A stretch of DNA of 64,000 nucleotides from an uncultured virus (IMG/VR IMGVR_UViG_3300021426_000082) (taxonomy: Duplodnaviria; Heunggongvirae; Uroviricota; Caudoviricetes): the IMG/VR virus record IMGVR_UViG_3300021426_000082; one strand, written 5' to 3'. The position numbers were made by a program, and so were the translations under genes. Below the pieces are notes generated by a model. It searched no databases. It worked only from the letters and a program-made list of their open reading frames with translations, and had not been told where the DNA came from. How positions within the stretch are numbered: position 1 is the stretch's first letter; every line of letters starts with the position of its first letter. Shown in pieces: positions 28,065 to 38,600 of this stretch.

Positions 28065-28231
28065 TTAAGCCCAGCGAGGCTGACACAAATGCTGATGGCG
28101 AATACTCTGAAGCCGAACTGTCAGCCCTGACGGTAAATCAGATTAAGTCATTAGCGGCGTCGCTGGGTTATACCATCACGGCTATTAAGAAAGCTGACAT
28201 AATTGCAGAGTTCCTGCAGCAGCAGGGCTAA
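28061..28231 (+). CDS. small Rho-N/HeH-like protein (56 aa, not in ORF track)
   Basis: ATGA overlap with capsid stop; ELSALTVNQIKSLA..KKADII. Confidence 0.6.
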   Translation: MIKPSEADTNADGEYSEAELSALTVNQIKSLAASLGYTITAIKKADIIAEFLQQQG

Positions 28232-28247
28232 TTGAGTGAGGGCAGAC

Positions 28248-28577
28248 ATGGAAACAAATGAAATCAAAATCCTTTTAGGGGACCCGGAGATGACAAATGC
28301 AGAAGTGGATGCCCTCATGCGTAAAGCAAAGGCAAAGGCCATAAATCACTATTTCTGGCATCCTGACGACAACCCCGGATATAACGAAAGAGAAGATTTC
28401 CTGGAACGGTATGAGTATGAGATTGTAGACGTTGCGAAGGCCATTATAGCCTCTGATGCAAGGGGAGGACTTGTACAGCATACCGAACTTGGAATCACGG
28501 ATAATTGGGGCAAAACAGGTGTGTCGTCCATAGATGAATCGCTGAATGAAATCCCGCGTAAAACATACGTAATGTAA
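28248..28577 (+). CDS. head-tail connector (adaptor)
   Basis: position; size; HTELGI motif. Confidence 0.65.
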   Translation: METNEIKILLGDPEMTNAEVDALMRKAKAKAINHYFWHPDDNPGYNEREDFLERYEYEIVDVAKAIIASDARGGLVQHTELGITDNWGKTGVSSIDESLNEIPRKTYVM

Positions 28578-28587
28578 GGGGGCTATA

Positions 28588-29007
28588 ATGCCGAGAGGAT
28601 ACCCATATCTCAAACTGAAAGACCTTGCATATTTACAGCAGGAGTTCTGGTACACGACTTATAAAGATAAAGAGGTTGTACTTGACGACGAAGGATACGA
28701 AACGGGTGAATACAGGATTACTTATAACAACCCTGTAAAAGCAAAAGCCCGTGTGGGTTATCTGAACTGGTACAACAGCGCGTCGCCGTTTGGTAAGGAT
28801 GTAGTGTATGACAAGGGATTGTCTACGGTACAGGATTTGCCAATAGACGAGTACACGCTTCTCTATATCGACGTGACACCAGATATTAAGGCAGACGGTT
28901 CAACTGACACACCACCCGATTATACGTGTGTAGCAGTCAGAAAAGACCTTAACCGTAATGTTTGGGCCATAAAGAAGATAAAGGGCTATGAAGAAAATAA
29001 CGGTTAA
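28588..29007 (+). CDS. head closure / stopper protein
   Basis: ETGE..Y.NPV, FGKD..YD, PDY; position. Confidence 0.65.
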   Translation: MPRGYPYLKLKDLAYLQQEFWYTTYKDKEVVLDDEGYETGEYRITYNNPVKAKARVGYLNWYNSASPFGKDVVYDKGLSTVQDLPIDEYTLLYIDVTPDIKADGSTDTPPDYTCVAVRKDLNRNVWAIKKIKGYEENNG

Positions 29008-29503
29008 TCCATATGACCCTGACAGCGTACAGAACGCAATCAAAGAGCTTAGAGACTACGCAGAGAAAATCAGTGATGCCGCTGACAGGGTAGTTGAAAA
29101 AGCAACGCAGAAATGCGCGGAAGAAATGATTGCAAATATCCCGTGGGATATAGCTGCGCGCAACCAGAATTATGATCCTGAAATCTACACTGAGTATGCA
29201 GACGGAAAAGGAATGATAATCACGGACGGTTCAACACCTTATCTTGAATTTGGGACAGGTGTTGTAGGCCAACAGTCGGGTTATCCCGATGGTGAGTATC
29301 TTGCAAATGCCGGATGGGAATACGCGTCCGGCCCGTTTGTGTTCACGACAAAGAGTGGGAAAACAGGATGGTTCTGGCAGAACGTTGTGGGCGACTGGTG
29401 TTTCACAGAAGGTATGCCGGGAAGCCACTTCATGCACGATGCCGTAGAGAATATAGCGCGGGAAATACCAGAAATGCTGAAAGAGGAACTGGCCAATGCT
29501 TAA
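28988..29503 (+). CDS. HK97 gp10-like neck/tail component
   Basis: YLEFGTG...TEGMP..FM..A. Confidence 0.75.
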   Translation: MKKITVNPYDPDSVQNAIKELRDYAEKISDAADRVVEKATQKCAEEMIANIPWDIAARNQNYDPEIYTEYADGKGMIITDGSTPYLEFGTGVVGQQSGYPDGEYLANAGWEYASGPFVFTTKSGKTGWFWQNVVGDWCFTEGMPGSHFMHDAVENIAREIPEMLKEELANA

Positions 29504-29867
29504 AGACAGGACCAACGAATATTATACCGGGCTGTTGCATTACCTACAGGAAACAGATGATGCAAAGTTGACAGGTGGACAAAAGTACAACGATACCCCG
29601 CCGAGTTTTCCTTGGATGTATTTCACGCAGATAAGCGGTGCGGGCAGACTGCATACCTTGTCTAACACAGAGGAAGGTATGTATGTGTGCTATCAGGTGG
29701 AATTGTACAATAAGACATCTATCAACGCCCTGCGGATAATGGCCAACAATGCAAGGGTATATATGTTCTCACAAGGGTTCCGGACAGAAACATTCAGGCC
29801 GATGGATAATGTAGCTGATAGAAAAATAAACAGGTTTGTAATGACGTTTATAAAACTTGAAACATAA
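29496..29867 (+). CDS. tail terminator
   Basis: PPSFP, YQVELY, M.SQGF; position. Confidence 0.65.
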   Translation: MLKDRTNEYYTGLLHYLQETDDAKLTGGQKYNDTPPSFPWMYFTQISGAGRLHTLSNTEEGMYVCYQVELYNKTSINALRIMANNARVYMFSQGFRTETFRPMDNVADRKINRFVMTFIKLET

Positions 29868-29882
29868 CAAAGGAGCAGGACT

Positions 29883-30326
29883 ATGGCAGAGATTACCAAT
29901 GTTACATATCTAATGCGCAAAACTGGTAGTAGCAATACGTTTACGAAACTGTGTGACATTTTCTCTTATCCTGATATGAAAGGCCAGCCTGAGACAATCG
30001 AGGTCACGACACTTTCACGGAAGAAGAGAAAAGCATACATCAATGGACTTCAGGATGGCGGTGAAGCCATGGAGTTCGGTGTCTACTATGACAAGACAAC
30101 CTACGAGGCACTGTACGCCATCGAGCAGGCAGATGCCGCAATTACCAATATTGCGGACCTTGCCACTTACCAGCTCTGGTTTGGTGAGGAAGGTGTGAAC
30201 GGCAAGTTCGAGTGGCAGGGAAAACTGACAACTGGTATTCCTGGTGGCGAGCCGAACGCGGCAAGAGAGATGCGTATCTATATCACTGACGAAGGTGAGA
30301 ACGAACTGCATTACGTCACGACCTAA
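29883..30326 (+). CDS. major tail tube protein
   Basis: PDM.GQPETIEVTTL..YINGLQD. Confidence 0.8.
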   Translation: MAEITNVTYLMRKTGSSNTFTKLCDIFSYPDMKGQPETIEVTTLSRKKRKAYINGLQDGGEAMEFGVYYDKTTYEALYAIEQADAAITNIADLATYQLWFGEEGVNGKFEWQGKLTTGIPGGEPNAAREMRIYITDEGENELHYVTT

Positions 30327-30343
30327 TTAAAGTAGCACCACGA

Positions 30344-30371
30344 GAGGGCAGTTGTAATGACTGCCCTTTTT
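30344..30371 (+). terminator. intrinsic terminator
   Basis: GAGGGCAGTT-GTAA-TGACTGCCCT followed by T-tract. Confidence 0.7.
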
Positions 30372-30404
30372 AAAAACAAGGACATATAGCGGAAAGGACA
30401 GCTA

Positions 30405-30788
30405 ATGACACAGAAGAAGTTTTTTATCCTTAAAACCGATAACGGAGATGTCACATATCCAATTCCTGACCTGGATTTTTCTAACCTTGTTTGTGACTTA
30501 GAGGAATACGGGATCAATGTTTACAATCTGACACAGAGCGATAGCACACAGTATTTCTCAACACTGAGGGCTATCTTGGCTATCATCATCAAGGCAGACA
30601 GCCTTACATCAGCAGGAAAAGCCCTGACAGTACACCTCAAAAACGGCGGTGAGACAGACGCTATTTTAGAGGTGTTCACAGAGGCAATGAAACAGGCGGG
30701 TTTTGGGACGACCGCGGAGGAGACGGAGACCGAAGCGGAAGAGACCAACGATCAGACTACGAAAGAGACCGCGAAAAGAAAGAAATAA
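30405..30788 (+). CDS. tail assembly chaperone (gpG-like)
   Basis: position; contains slippery G GGT TTT at 30698-30704. Confidence 0.75.
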   Translation: MTQKKFFILKTDNGDVTYPIPDLDFSNLVCDLEEYGINVYNLTQSDSTQYFSTLRAILAIIIKADSLTSAGKALTVHLKNGGETDAILEVFTEAMKQAGFGTTAEETETEAEETNDQTTKETAKRKK

Positions 30789-31177
30789 AAAAATATGGCT
30801 CTTACACAGAGCTTGTCAATAAAGTTTGGTTGCCGAAAGCGCTTTACCTTGGTATCAGCGAGGAAAAATTCTGGCATATGAATCCGAGAAAGATGGAGCC
30901 GTATGCAGAAGCCATGAACATGAGAGTTCAGGATGAAAATCGCAGAATCGAGGTAACGGCATGGGCGAATGGCCTTTATGTATATAAAGCGGTTGGTGCG
31001 ATATTCGGCAAACACGCGCCTAAATATCCGAGCAAGCCTGACACCATCTTCCATGATGGGAAAGCAGAAAAGGATAGCATGACCGATGCTGATAGATTCT
31101 ATCAATACATGGTATGGCGTAACGCCCAAAAAAACAGCAAACCCACGGGGAATAGGCTGACGAGCCGAAAAACGTAG
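30698..31177 (+). CDS. tail assembly chaperone -1 frameshift extension (gpT-like)
   Basis: -1 frame open from the slippery site into ORF 30830-31177 (GISEEKFWHMNP). Confidence 0.75.
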   Translation, partial: GFWDDRGGDGDRSGRDQRSDYERDREKKEIKKYGSYTELVNKVWLPKALYLGISEEKFWHMNPRKMEPYAEAMNMRVQDENRRIEVTAWANGLYVYKAVGAIFGKHAPKYPSKPDTIFHDGKAEKDSMTDADRFYQYMVWRNAQKNSKPTGNRLTSRKT

Positions 31178-31251
31178 TCCTTGCGTCTTTTCCCGTGTTT
31201 GCATTTTAAAGGACAATTCAAGGTTAAAAGGACGACCATAGGAGATGCGAA

Positions 31252-34200
31252 ATGCCTACTATTGATCAGTTAGTCATTGAGATAGAAAATAAGGCAAAAG
31301 GCACTTCCAATGGCATAGAGCAACATGTGGCGGCGCTCGAAAAGCTAAACAACGCGCTGAGCGGTGTTGGCAATGTAAAAGAGTATGCCGATGCAATATC
31401 AAAACTTGCCAATGCAACCGGACAGATTGATAAAAAATCTTTCTCGTCTTTCACGGGGAGCCTTAAAAGATTTGCTCAGTCTGCACAGGTGGCTGATGGC
31501 AGGATCACAGAATTAACAAACGCGCTGGCTAATCTTGCTAATGCCACAAAAGGCATGGATGCAAGTGGCTTGTCGTCCGTAGCTGATGCGGTTTCCAAGA
31601 TGGGCGGGATGAACAGCGAAAACGTTGACCGTCTTGCCACAATGATAGAGCAACTGCAACAGAAACTTGACGCGGCGAACGCAGATGGAACAAAGGTTAA
31701 AGTCGATACCGATGAGGCCGAGCAGAAAGTTGACAACCTCAACGAGAAGTTAGACCAGACACCCGAAGAAGTAACCGTTGCAGAAACAACAGAGACACCA
31801 GATGTACAGGGACCTTCAGGCGTAGACGTTACACCCCCTACATCAGCGTGGCAGGGGTTTGGACAGGTACTTGGGAATGTGGCATCTTATCTGCAGATGT
31901 CCATTCCTGGTCCAATCGGCGCGGTTGTAAGCGGACTATCCAGTATAGCAAGAGTAGGCATAGGGGCTTTTACTGGAGTTGCAAGAGGCGCAGGATTAGC
32001 TATAAGCGTATTGGGGAAGGTCGGCAGTAAGGCTATTCAAGCGGGTAGCGCGATACTTTCATTACCCGGACGGATAGGGAGTGCGCTTTCCTCAGCGATA
32101 ACAAAGTTTCCGGTGCTCGGAAATGCCATCCAGGGCATACAAGGTAAACTTAGTTCCGTTGGCCGACTTCTGACATTCATGCTGTTAAGGAAGGCGTTTA
32201 CGGCATTAATCCAGAACGCAAAGCAGGGGCTTGACAATCTGGCCATGTACTCTGATTCGATTGGATCACGGTTTAACCAGAGTATGTCAACATTATCCTC
32301 TGATTTTTCGTGGGCCGGGAACGCACTTGCAACCGCGTTTGAGCCAATACTGAATATCGCTATCCCTATCATAGATGCGCTTATGACACATCTTGTCGCA
32401 GCTATGACGGTGATTGCGAGGTTCTTTGCGGCCCTTGGTGGTTCTGCCACATACACAAAGGCTATCAAGTTAAACAACAACTATGCGAAGTCGTTAGGTA
32501 GCTCGACGGGGGCAGCGAACAAAAACGCAAAGGCTACGCGCGGAACAGGAAAGGCGGCCAAGAAAGCATCTGAGGACCTTAAATCCTACACGACTTCCAT
32601 AGATGAGTTAAATATACTTGAACCCGATAAGTCTGCGTCCACTGGTTCTGGTGGTTCCGGTGGTGGCGGTGGTGGCGGCATCGGCGGAGGTGGCATTGAT
32701 GTCGGCTCCATGTTCGAAACTGTCACATTAGACAGCGAAGCGCAGAATTGGGCAGAGATGTTCAGGAACGCGTGGAAAAATGCTGACTTTACAGAGATAG
32801 GTGCTATTGTAGGCACTAAACTCCGGGATTCGCTCAATAACATAAACTGGACTGACATTCAGAAAACATGCAACAAGATCGCAAAATCCATTGCCACGTT
32901 CATTAACGGATTTGTTGGCGTTGATGGTTTGTGGGAATCTGTAGGCATGACGTTAGCTCAGGGAATGAACACACTTGTCTATATGCTCAATACAGCGGTC
33001 ACTACGCTTAATTGGAAAAGCATAGGTGCGGCCGTTGCAAAGACAATCAAAAGTGCGTTTGTAAACTTTGACTGGTACGCTGCGGCGTTAACATTAGGCA
33101 ATACAATAGGCGGTATCCTCGATGCAATAACAGGATTTATCCAGGAAATAGACTGGAAAAAAGTGCCGAAAGTGCTGTTCGATACTATCATCAAAGTTAT
33201 AAAGGGGTTTGGTGACAGCGGGCTTGTTTCTGCTATTGCGGAATTATTAGGCTCAGCCGTTGGCGCGGTAGTAGGCATGATAGGCGGAATATTCGGAAGT
33301 ATAGGTTCCGCTATTGCTAAGTGGTGGGGAAGCATCACTGATCAGTTGCCGAGCCTTACAGAACTCAACCCGATAGACTGGCTCTACGAAGCGGGCAAAC
33401 TTGTTATAAAAGGTCTGCTAAAGGGTATTGGCGATGCTATTACTGGTATTGCGGGATGGATCAATGACAATATCTTTACCCCGTTTATTGAAGGGTTTAA
33501 GAGCATATTCGGTATCCACAGCCCCTCGACCGTCATGGAAGAGATGGGCGGTTATCTTATCGAAGGACTTTTGAACGGTGTATCACTTGCATGGGATACA
33601 GTAACAGAGTTCTTTAGTGGTGCATTAGAAGGATTAAAAGCCTTCTTTAAAGACCCGATTGGAACCATAAAAGTCACCGTCGAAAAAGGTGTTGACAAGG
33701 CTAAAAAAGTCTGGAACACGTTTAAGAACAGCGAAGCCGTTAAGACGCTGAAAAGCAAAGTCAAAGCAGGATTTAATAAAGCCAAAGAAAAGTGGGATGC
33801 CTTTAAGAACAGTGATGCCGTAAAGAGTGTTAAAGCGAAAGTCGAGGGCGCGTTTAATTCTGCAAAAGAAAAGTGGGACGCTTTCAAGGATAGCGAAGTT
33901 GTCAAGAGTGTTAAGGGCAAAATTGATAGCACATTCACATCTGCCAAAACTGCTTTTGAAAAGATCAAAGACAGCAAAGCGGTCAAGACTATCACGGCTG
34001 TTCTGACAGGGGCTTTCAATACCGCCAAGACAAAGTACGAAGAAATCAAAGATAAGGCAACTAAGTGGGTCGGTAATGGCGGACTGTCTACTGCCTTCAA
34101 TACGGCTTCGAACGCATACAATTCCCTTAAAGATTATGCGCGAACATTCACTGGCAAAGGAAATACGAACAGCACCTTTACCACAGCAAAAAATGCGTTC

Positions 34201-35274
34201 TCCGGTATTGTTGATTATTACAAGACGTTTACCGGAAAAGGCAAAACAGACAGTGGATTCACGACTGCGAAAAAGGTATTCTCCGGAATCGTAGACTATG
34301 CAAAAACGTTTACCGGAAAAGGTAAGACAGACAGCACCTTTACAAGCAACCAGAAAACATTTAAGAGCATAGTAGATTACTTCAAGACGTTTACTGGTAA
34401 AGGTAAGACAGACAATACCTTCACAAGCAACAAAAGCACCTTCAACAGCGTCAGCAATTACTCAAAGATGTTCACTGGTAAAGGTGAGTTAGCGAAAACA
34501 TTTAGTGACAGCAAGAGCACATTTAACGGTGTAACAAACAAGTCGGCAACACTGACGCTGAAGGCATCGGACAAATTCTCCGACACATACAAAAAGTTTA
34601 GCGATAAAGACGGCAAAAAGAAAAGCGCAACGCTGACACTAAAAGCAGTTCTTAGTGGATTTACCGTTAACGTCAAGAAAATCCTTGGATGGGCGCAGGG
34701 TGCGTTCTTTGATAAGGGCAGATGGCGTAGTGTTGCGTTTGCGGCACAAGGCGGTATGTTCAACATGGGACAGCTTTTTGTGGCACGTGAAAAAGGCCCT
34801 GAGCTTGTCGGTACAATCGGCGGACATACAGCGGTCATGAATAATAACCAGATCGTTGGGTCGGTTGCAACCGGTGTCGCGATTGCGGTACAGCGTGCCT
34901 TTTCTAACGTCGCTACGGCTTTATATAACGCTTTTTCGGGAATGAGCCTTATGGTGTCTATGCCGTCTACAAATGCCGGATATTCGGTAAATACGGGGTA
35001 TAACATTGACAGTATCCTCGGAAATGCCGTTACCGCAATAACAGCGGGTATGCTTGAACAGCAGGTACAGCAGACAGCAAACATTAAATATGCGGTCAAA
35101 GAAGCCGTTGCAGAAGTGCTTGACGAAATCGGCATGTACCGTTATCAGCAGAATGTTGATGATGTGATTTCAAGCATTAACGACAAAGAGATGGTCGCCA
35201 ATATCTCAGACAGGGATATAGCAAGAGCCAACAGAACAGGATCAACGAAACTCGGTGTACAAATCATAACCTGA
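31252..35274 (+). CDS. tape measure protein
   Basis: 1340 aa helical, IDELN, FGIHSPS, periodic repeats, AQGG..ARE.GPELVG. Confidence 0.92.
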   Translation: MPTIDQLVIEIENKAKGTSNGIEQHVAALEKLNNALSGVGNVKEYADAISKLANATGQIDKKSFSSFTGSLKRFAQSAQVADGRITELTNALANLANATKGMDASGLSSVADAVSKMGGMNSENVDRLATMIEQLQQKLDAANADGTKVKVDTDEAEQKVDNLNEKLDQTPEEVTVAETTETPDVQGPSGVDVTPPTSAWQGFGQVLGNVASYLQMSIPGPIGAVVSGLSSIARVGIGAFTGVARGAGLAISVLGKVGSKAIQAGSAILSLPGRIGSALSSAITKFPVLGNAIQGIQGKLSSVGRLLTFMLLRKAFTALIQNAKQGLDNLAMYSDSIGSRFNQSMSTLSSDFSWAGNALATAFEPILNIAIPIIDALMTHLVAAMTVIARFFAALGGSATYTKAIKLNNNYAKSLGSSTGAANKNAKATRGTGKAAKKASEDLKSYTTSIDELNILEPDKSASTGSGGSGGGGGGGIGGGGIDVGSMFETVTLDSEAQNWAEMFRNAWKNADFTEIGAIVGTKLRDSLNNINWTDIQKTCNKIAKSIATFINGFVGVDGLWESVGMTLAQGMNTLVYMLNTAVTTLNWKSIGAAVAKTIKSAFVNFDWYAAALTLGNTIGGILDAITGFIQEIDWKKVPKVLFDTIIKVIKGFGDSGLVSAIAELLGSAVGAVVGMIGGIFGSIGSAIAKWWGSITDQLPSLTELNPIDWLYEAGKLVIKGLLKGIGDAITGIAGWINDNIFTPFIEGFKSIFGIHSPSTVMEEMGGYLIEGLLNGVSLAWDTVTEFFSGALEGLKAFFKDPIGTIKVTVEKGVDKAKKVWNTFKNSEAVKTLKSKVKAGFNKAKEKWDAFKNSDAVKSVKAKVEGAFNSAKEKWDAFKDSEVVKSVKGKIDSTFTSAKTAFEKIKDSKAVKTITAVLTGAFNTAKTKYEEIKDKATKWVGNGGLSTAFNTASNAYNSLKDYARTFTGKGNTNSTFTTAKNAFSGIVDYYKTFTGKGKTDSGFTTAKKVFSGIVDYAKTFTGKGKTDSTFTSNQKTFKSIVDYFKTFTGKGKTDNTFTSNKSTFNSVSNYSKMFTGKGELAKTFSDSKSTFNGVTNKSATLTLKASDKFSDTYKKFSDKDGKKKSATLTLKAVLSGFTVNVKKILGWAQGAFFDKGRWRSVAFAAQGGMFNMGQLFVAREKGPELVGTIGGHTAVMNNNQIVGSVATGVAIAVQRAFSNVATALYNAFSGMSLMVSMPSTNAGYSVNTGYNIDSILGNAVTAITAGMLEQQVQQTANIKYAVKEAVAEVLDEIGMYRYQQNVDDVISSINDKEMVANISDRDIARANRTGSTKLGVQIIT

Positions 35275-35290
35275 TGAAAGGAGTGGCGGT

Positions 35291-35683
35291 ATGGCAACAA
35301 TCACGATTGACGGCGTAGAACTTCCGTCCCCCTACAGAGGATTAAACTTTATTCAGGAAACGATGGTCAACTCCGGCCGCAACGCTAATGGTGTTGTGGT
35401 CGGAGAAAAAGTCGGCAGAATGAACTATAAGATTGATGCGCTTGAATGGAGGGATGTATCTGCGGAACTTTGTTCCAGGATACTCCTTCCGTTCTACAAC
35501 AAGTTTTTTGTGACAGCAAAGATACCCGACCCCGTACACAACAGGTTCATTACCATTAAAATGTATCCGGGAAACAGTGAGGAACACCCGCTTACTGGAT
35601 GGGTAGACGCGAATGGATTACCGACGAGATACGAATATGTAAAAGTAAACCTGATAGATTGCGGGGTAGTGAACGATGTTTAA
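35291..35683 (+). CDS. distal tail protein
   Basis: ITIDGV.LPSP, SGRNANG..VG, MYPG; position after TMP. Confidence 0.7.
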   Translation: MATITIDGVELPSPYRGLNFIQETMVNSGRNANGVVVGEKVGRMNYKIDALEWRDVSAELCSRILLPFYNKFFVTAKIPDPVHNRFITIKMYPGNSEEHPLTGWVDANGLPTRYEYVKVNLIDCGVVNDV

Positions 35684-38600
35684 TGCAGGGACAGCTTACA
35701 GAAATGAAATGAACAAAGAACTGCGGGGACAGTCTTTTGTGACGATTTCTGTTAGGCTGTCCAATTTTATTGCACAGAGCGGATACACAATCACGTCCAA
35801 TGCTATTAATTTTACCAGGGACGTAGGAAACATCTATGGAATACGTATCACATTTGGGACAAGCAGGCCGAACAGTATTTATCTGGCTGGCAAAAGATAT
35901 ACGGTAGATGCAGATGTGTTTGAGACAAACGATGTGTTTGAAGGTGGCTTGTCGTTATCGGCAACCAATTTACTGCAGTACGATGTCGCGGGCGTTGAGT
36001 TCGGGATCAATGAACTTGTATTTGAGAACGATGACATACTGAGCACTTCAAGACTGAACAAAGTAAACCCCTTATCTGCCGAACTGCCGGAACAGACATT
36101 CACTTTTTCTCTGCACGACTATAACGGGGATTATAGCTGGGCGGACCGATCATCATTATTGTATGCGTTCCAAAAGAAACAGCCCGTAAGATGGAAGTAT
36201 GGACGTGAGATTGAACCGGAACAGCTTACGGACAGAGACGAAGAGGACCTTACAGACCGCGAGGGAAATCTTCTGGTGACGGATGATTATGTGGAAATCC
36301 CTGGCGGTGATATGTGGCTCAATACATGGACGGTCGGGACAGACAGCATAACATTAACCGCGTCAAGCAAGTTGTCCTTTATGGACGATATGTTTTATGA
36401 CGGTGACGCTATGTCCGGAAAGACCCCTGCGGAAATGGCACAAGCCGTACAGGACTACTTTAATACTGCAGAAGCGTCAAGAAGCGGACAGTCTGTAACG
36501 GTTATATGTAATATAACAGATACAACAACCGATGCGCCTATACCAGTTGAATCGTGTAAGAACTGTCTGCAGTTGATTGCGAACGCGTGTCGCGGTTCAC
36601 TGTATCAGGACCGAAACGGTGTTATCCGGATAGAGAGATTGTCCGATACTGCAGAGGATTATACCCTTGGCGGAATCAACATAATGAAAGCCCCCGTTGC
36701 GTCGAAACTTGAAGAAGTGGACGTTATCAATATTTCAGAGGCAAGCTATGATGTGTCGTCTCAGATGACAGACGTTGCTACGGTCACGATCACAGAACTT
36801 GATACGGATGTATATGTGACGTTCGATACACCGATTGATGCAACAAGTACAATACTGTTATCAAACAGCAACGTCACCCTGGTCGAAGCCCACTCCTATT
36901 CCGCAACTTTAAGAACAACTGTAGCGGGTGAAGTGACCATAAGCGCATATCCTCTTCTGGTGGGTTCTGTTACTCACAGGGCGGTAGGAAACGCGAACGG
37001 CACCAACATTAAGAACATAGAAAATCCGCTTACTGTATTCAATGAGGATTACATGGCGTGGTATGTGGATTATTTCTGCAACGACATCGAATACTCTATT
37101 ACGTATCGTGGCGACCCGTGTATTGATGCACTTGACCTCATTTATATTCAGGACGAAACATTAGATAAAATCCGGATTGTAGAAGAGGAATTAAAAACTT
37201 CTGTAGGTGTGGGACTGGACTGCACAATAACGGCCCGACGCATTGAATCAAACGGTGTCAGCACCAAAGGCAAGACCAACTATAAATCGTCTGTATTCGG
37301 GTTATCATCCGCTGATTTAAAAGCACAGGAAGCGTTAGAGCTTGCGCAGAACGCAATCAATAGTGTCCGTATCGAGTATGCCTATTCTAATTCGGCTACG
37401 GTCGCGCCCACTGACGGATGGACCACAGAGACGTTACCGAAGGCAGATGGCTTATATATCTGGCAGAGGACCGTAACTGAATCTGAATCAGGGGAAACCC
37501 CTTCTGACGCGGCTTGTATAAGCGGTGCAGACGGTACAGGAATAAGTGATATTGTCGTTACATATCAGGCATCTGATAACGGTGTTTCTGCACCTACGGG
37601 AACATGGAGCAGTACCATTCCTTCTGTAAGCGCGGGCAGTTATTTGTGGACGCGAACACAGACAATAACATCTGACGGAAACTCCACATACTCCTATTCA
37701 GTGGCAAGGCAGGGGCAGGATGGTGCTGACGGAACCTCTGTTACTATCCTCGGAAGCTACAACACATACGCAGAGTTAATAGCCGTGCATCCTACAGGTG
37801 ATAATGTGGGTGATGGCTATATGGTCGGTTCTGACCTGTATATATGGAACGGGACCACATGGCAAAATGTTGGACAGATAAAAGGTGCAGACGGAACAGA
37901 CGGTTTAACATATTATGTACACTTAGCTTATGCTACGTCTGGTGACGGTGAAGAAAACTTCTCTACAACAGCGTTCGACGGTGCAACGTATTTAGGCACG
38001 CTTACCAATACAACGAGCACAGGATCAACTGTACCCGCGGATTATTCATGGTCACTGTTCAAAGGTGAAAACGCGCTTACAATACAGATTGAATCTTCTG
38101 ACGGAACAACATTCAAAACCTCAGCCATTGATACGATTTTATACGCGTCACTGTATGACGGACAGACGGAAGTTACTGCATCGAATTACGGTACATTCAG
38201 GTGGTACAGGGACGGCGGAACAACCGCAGTAGGAACAGGCGGTTCGCTTACCGTATTATTGCCGACAGTCGAAAAGGCTGTATATACGGTAAAGCTGATT
38301 GATACGTCTAACAATATCATAGCAAGCGCGTCCATAACGCTGACTGCTATCAGGGACATTGCAGAAACATACTGGCTTTACTATACATCGGCCACACAGT
38401 CCACACCTACTAAACCTACATCAATTACAACCATTCCGCCTACTGGATGGGACATAGGCATTGAACCGGATTATGTAGAAGGCTCAACGGATTATGTATA
38501 TGTAATGCAGTTGACGGTGTTTACCGATGAATCTTTTGCATATACCGACCCAGCATTATCAGCGTCCTATGAAGCAGCGAAGAAGGCGGCGGCCGATGCA

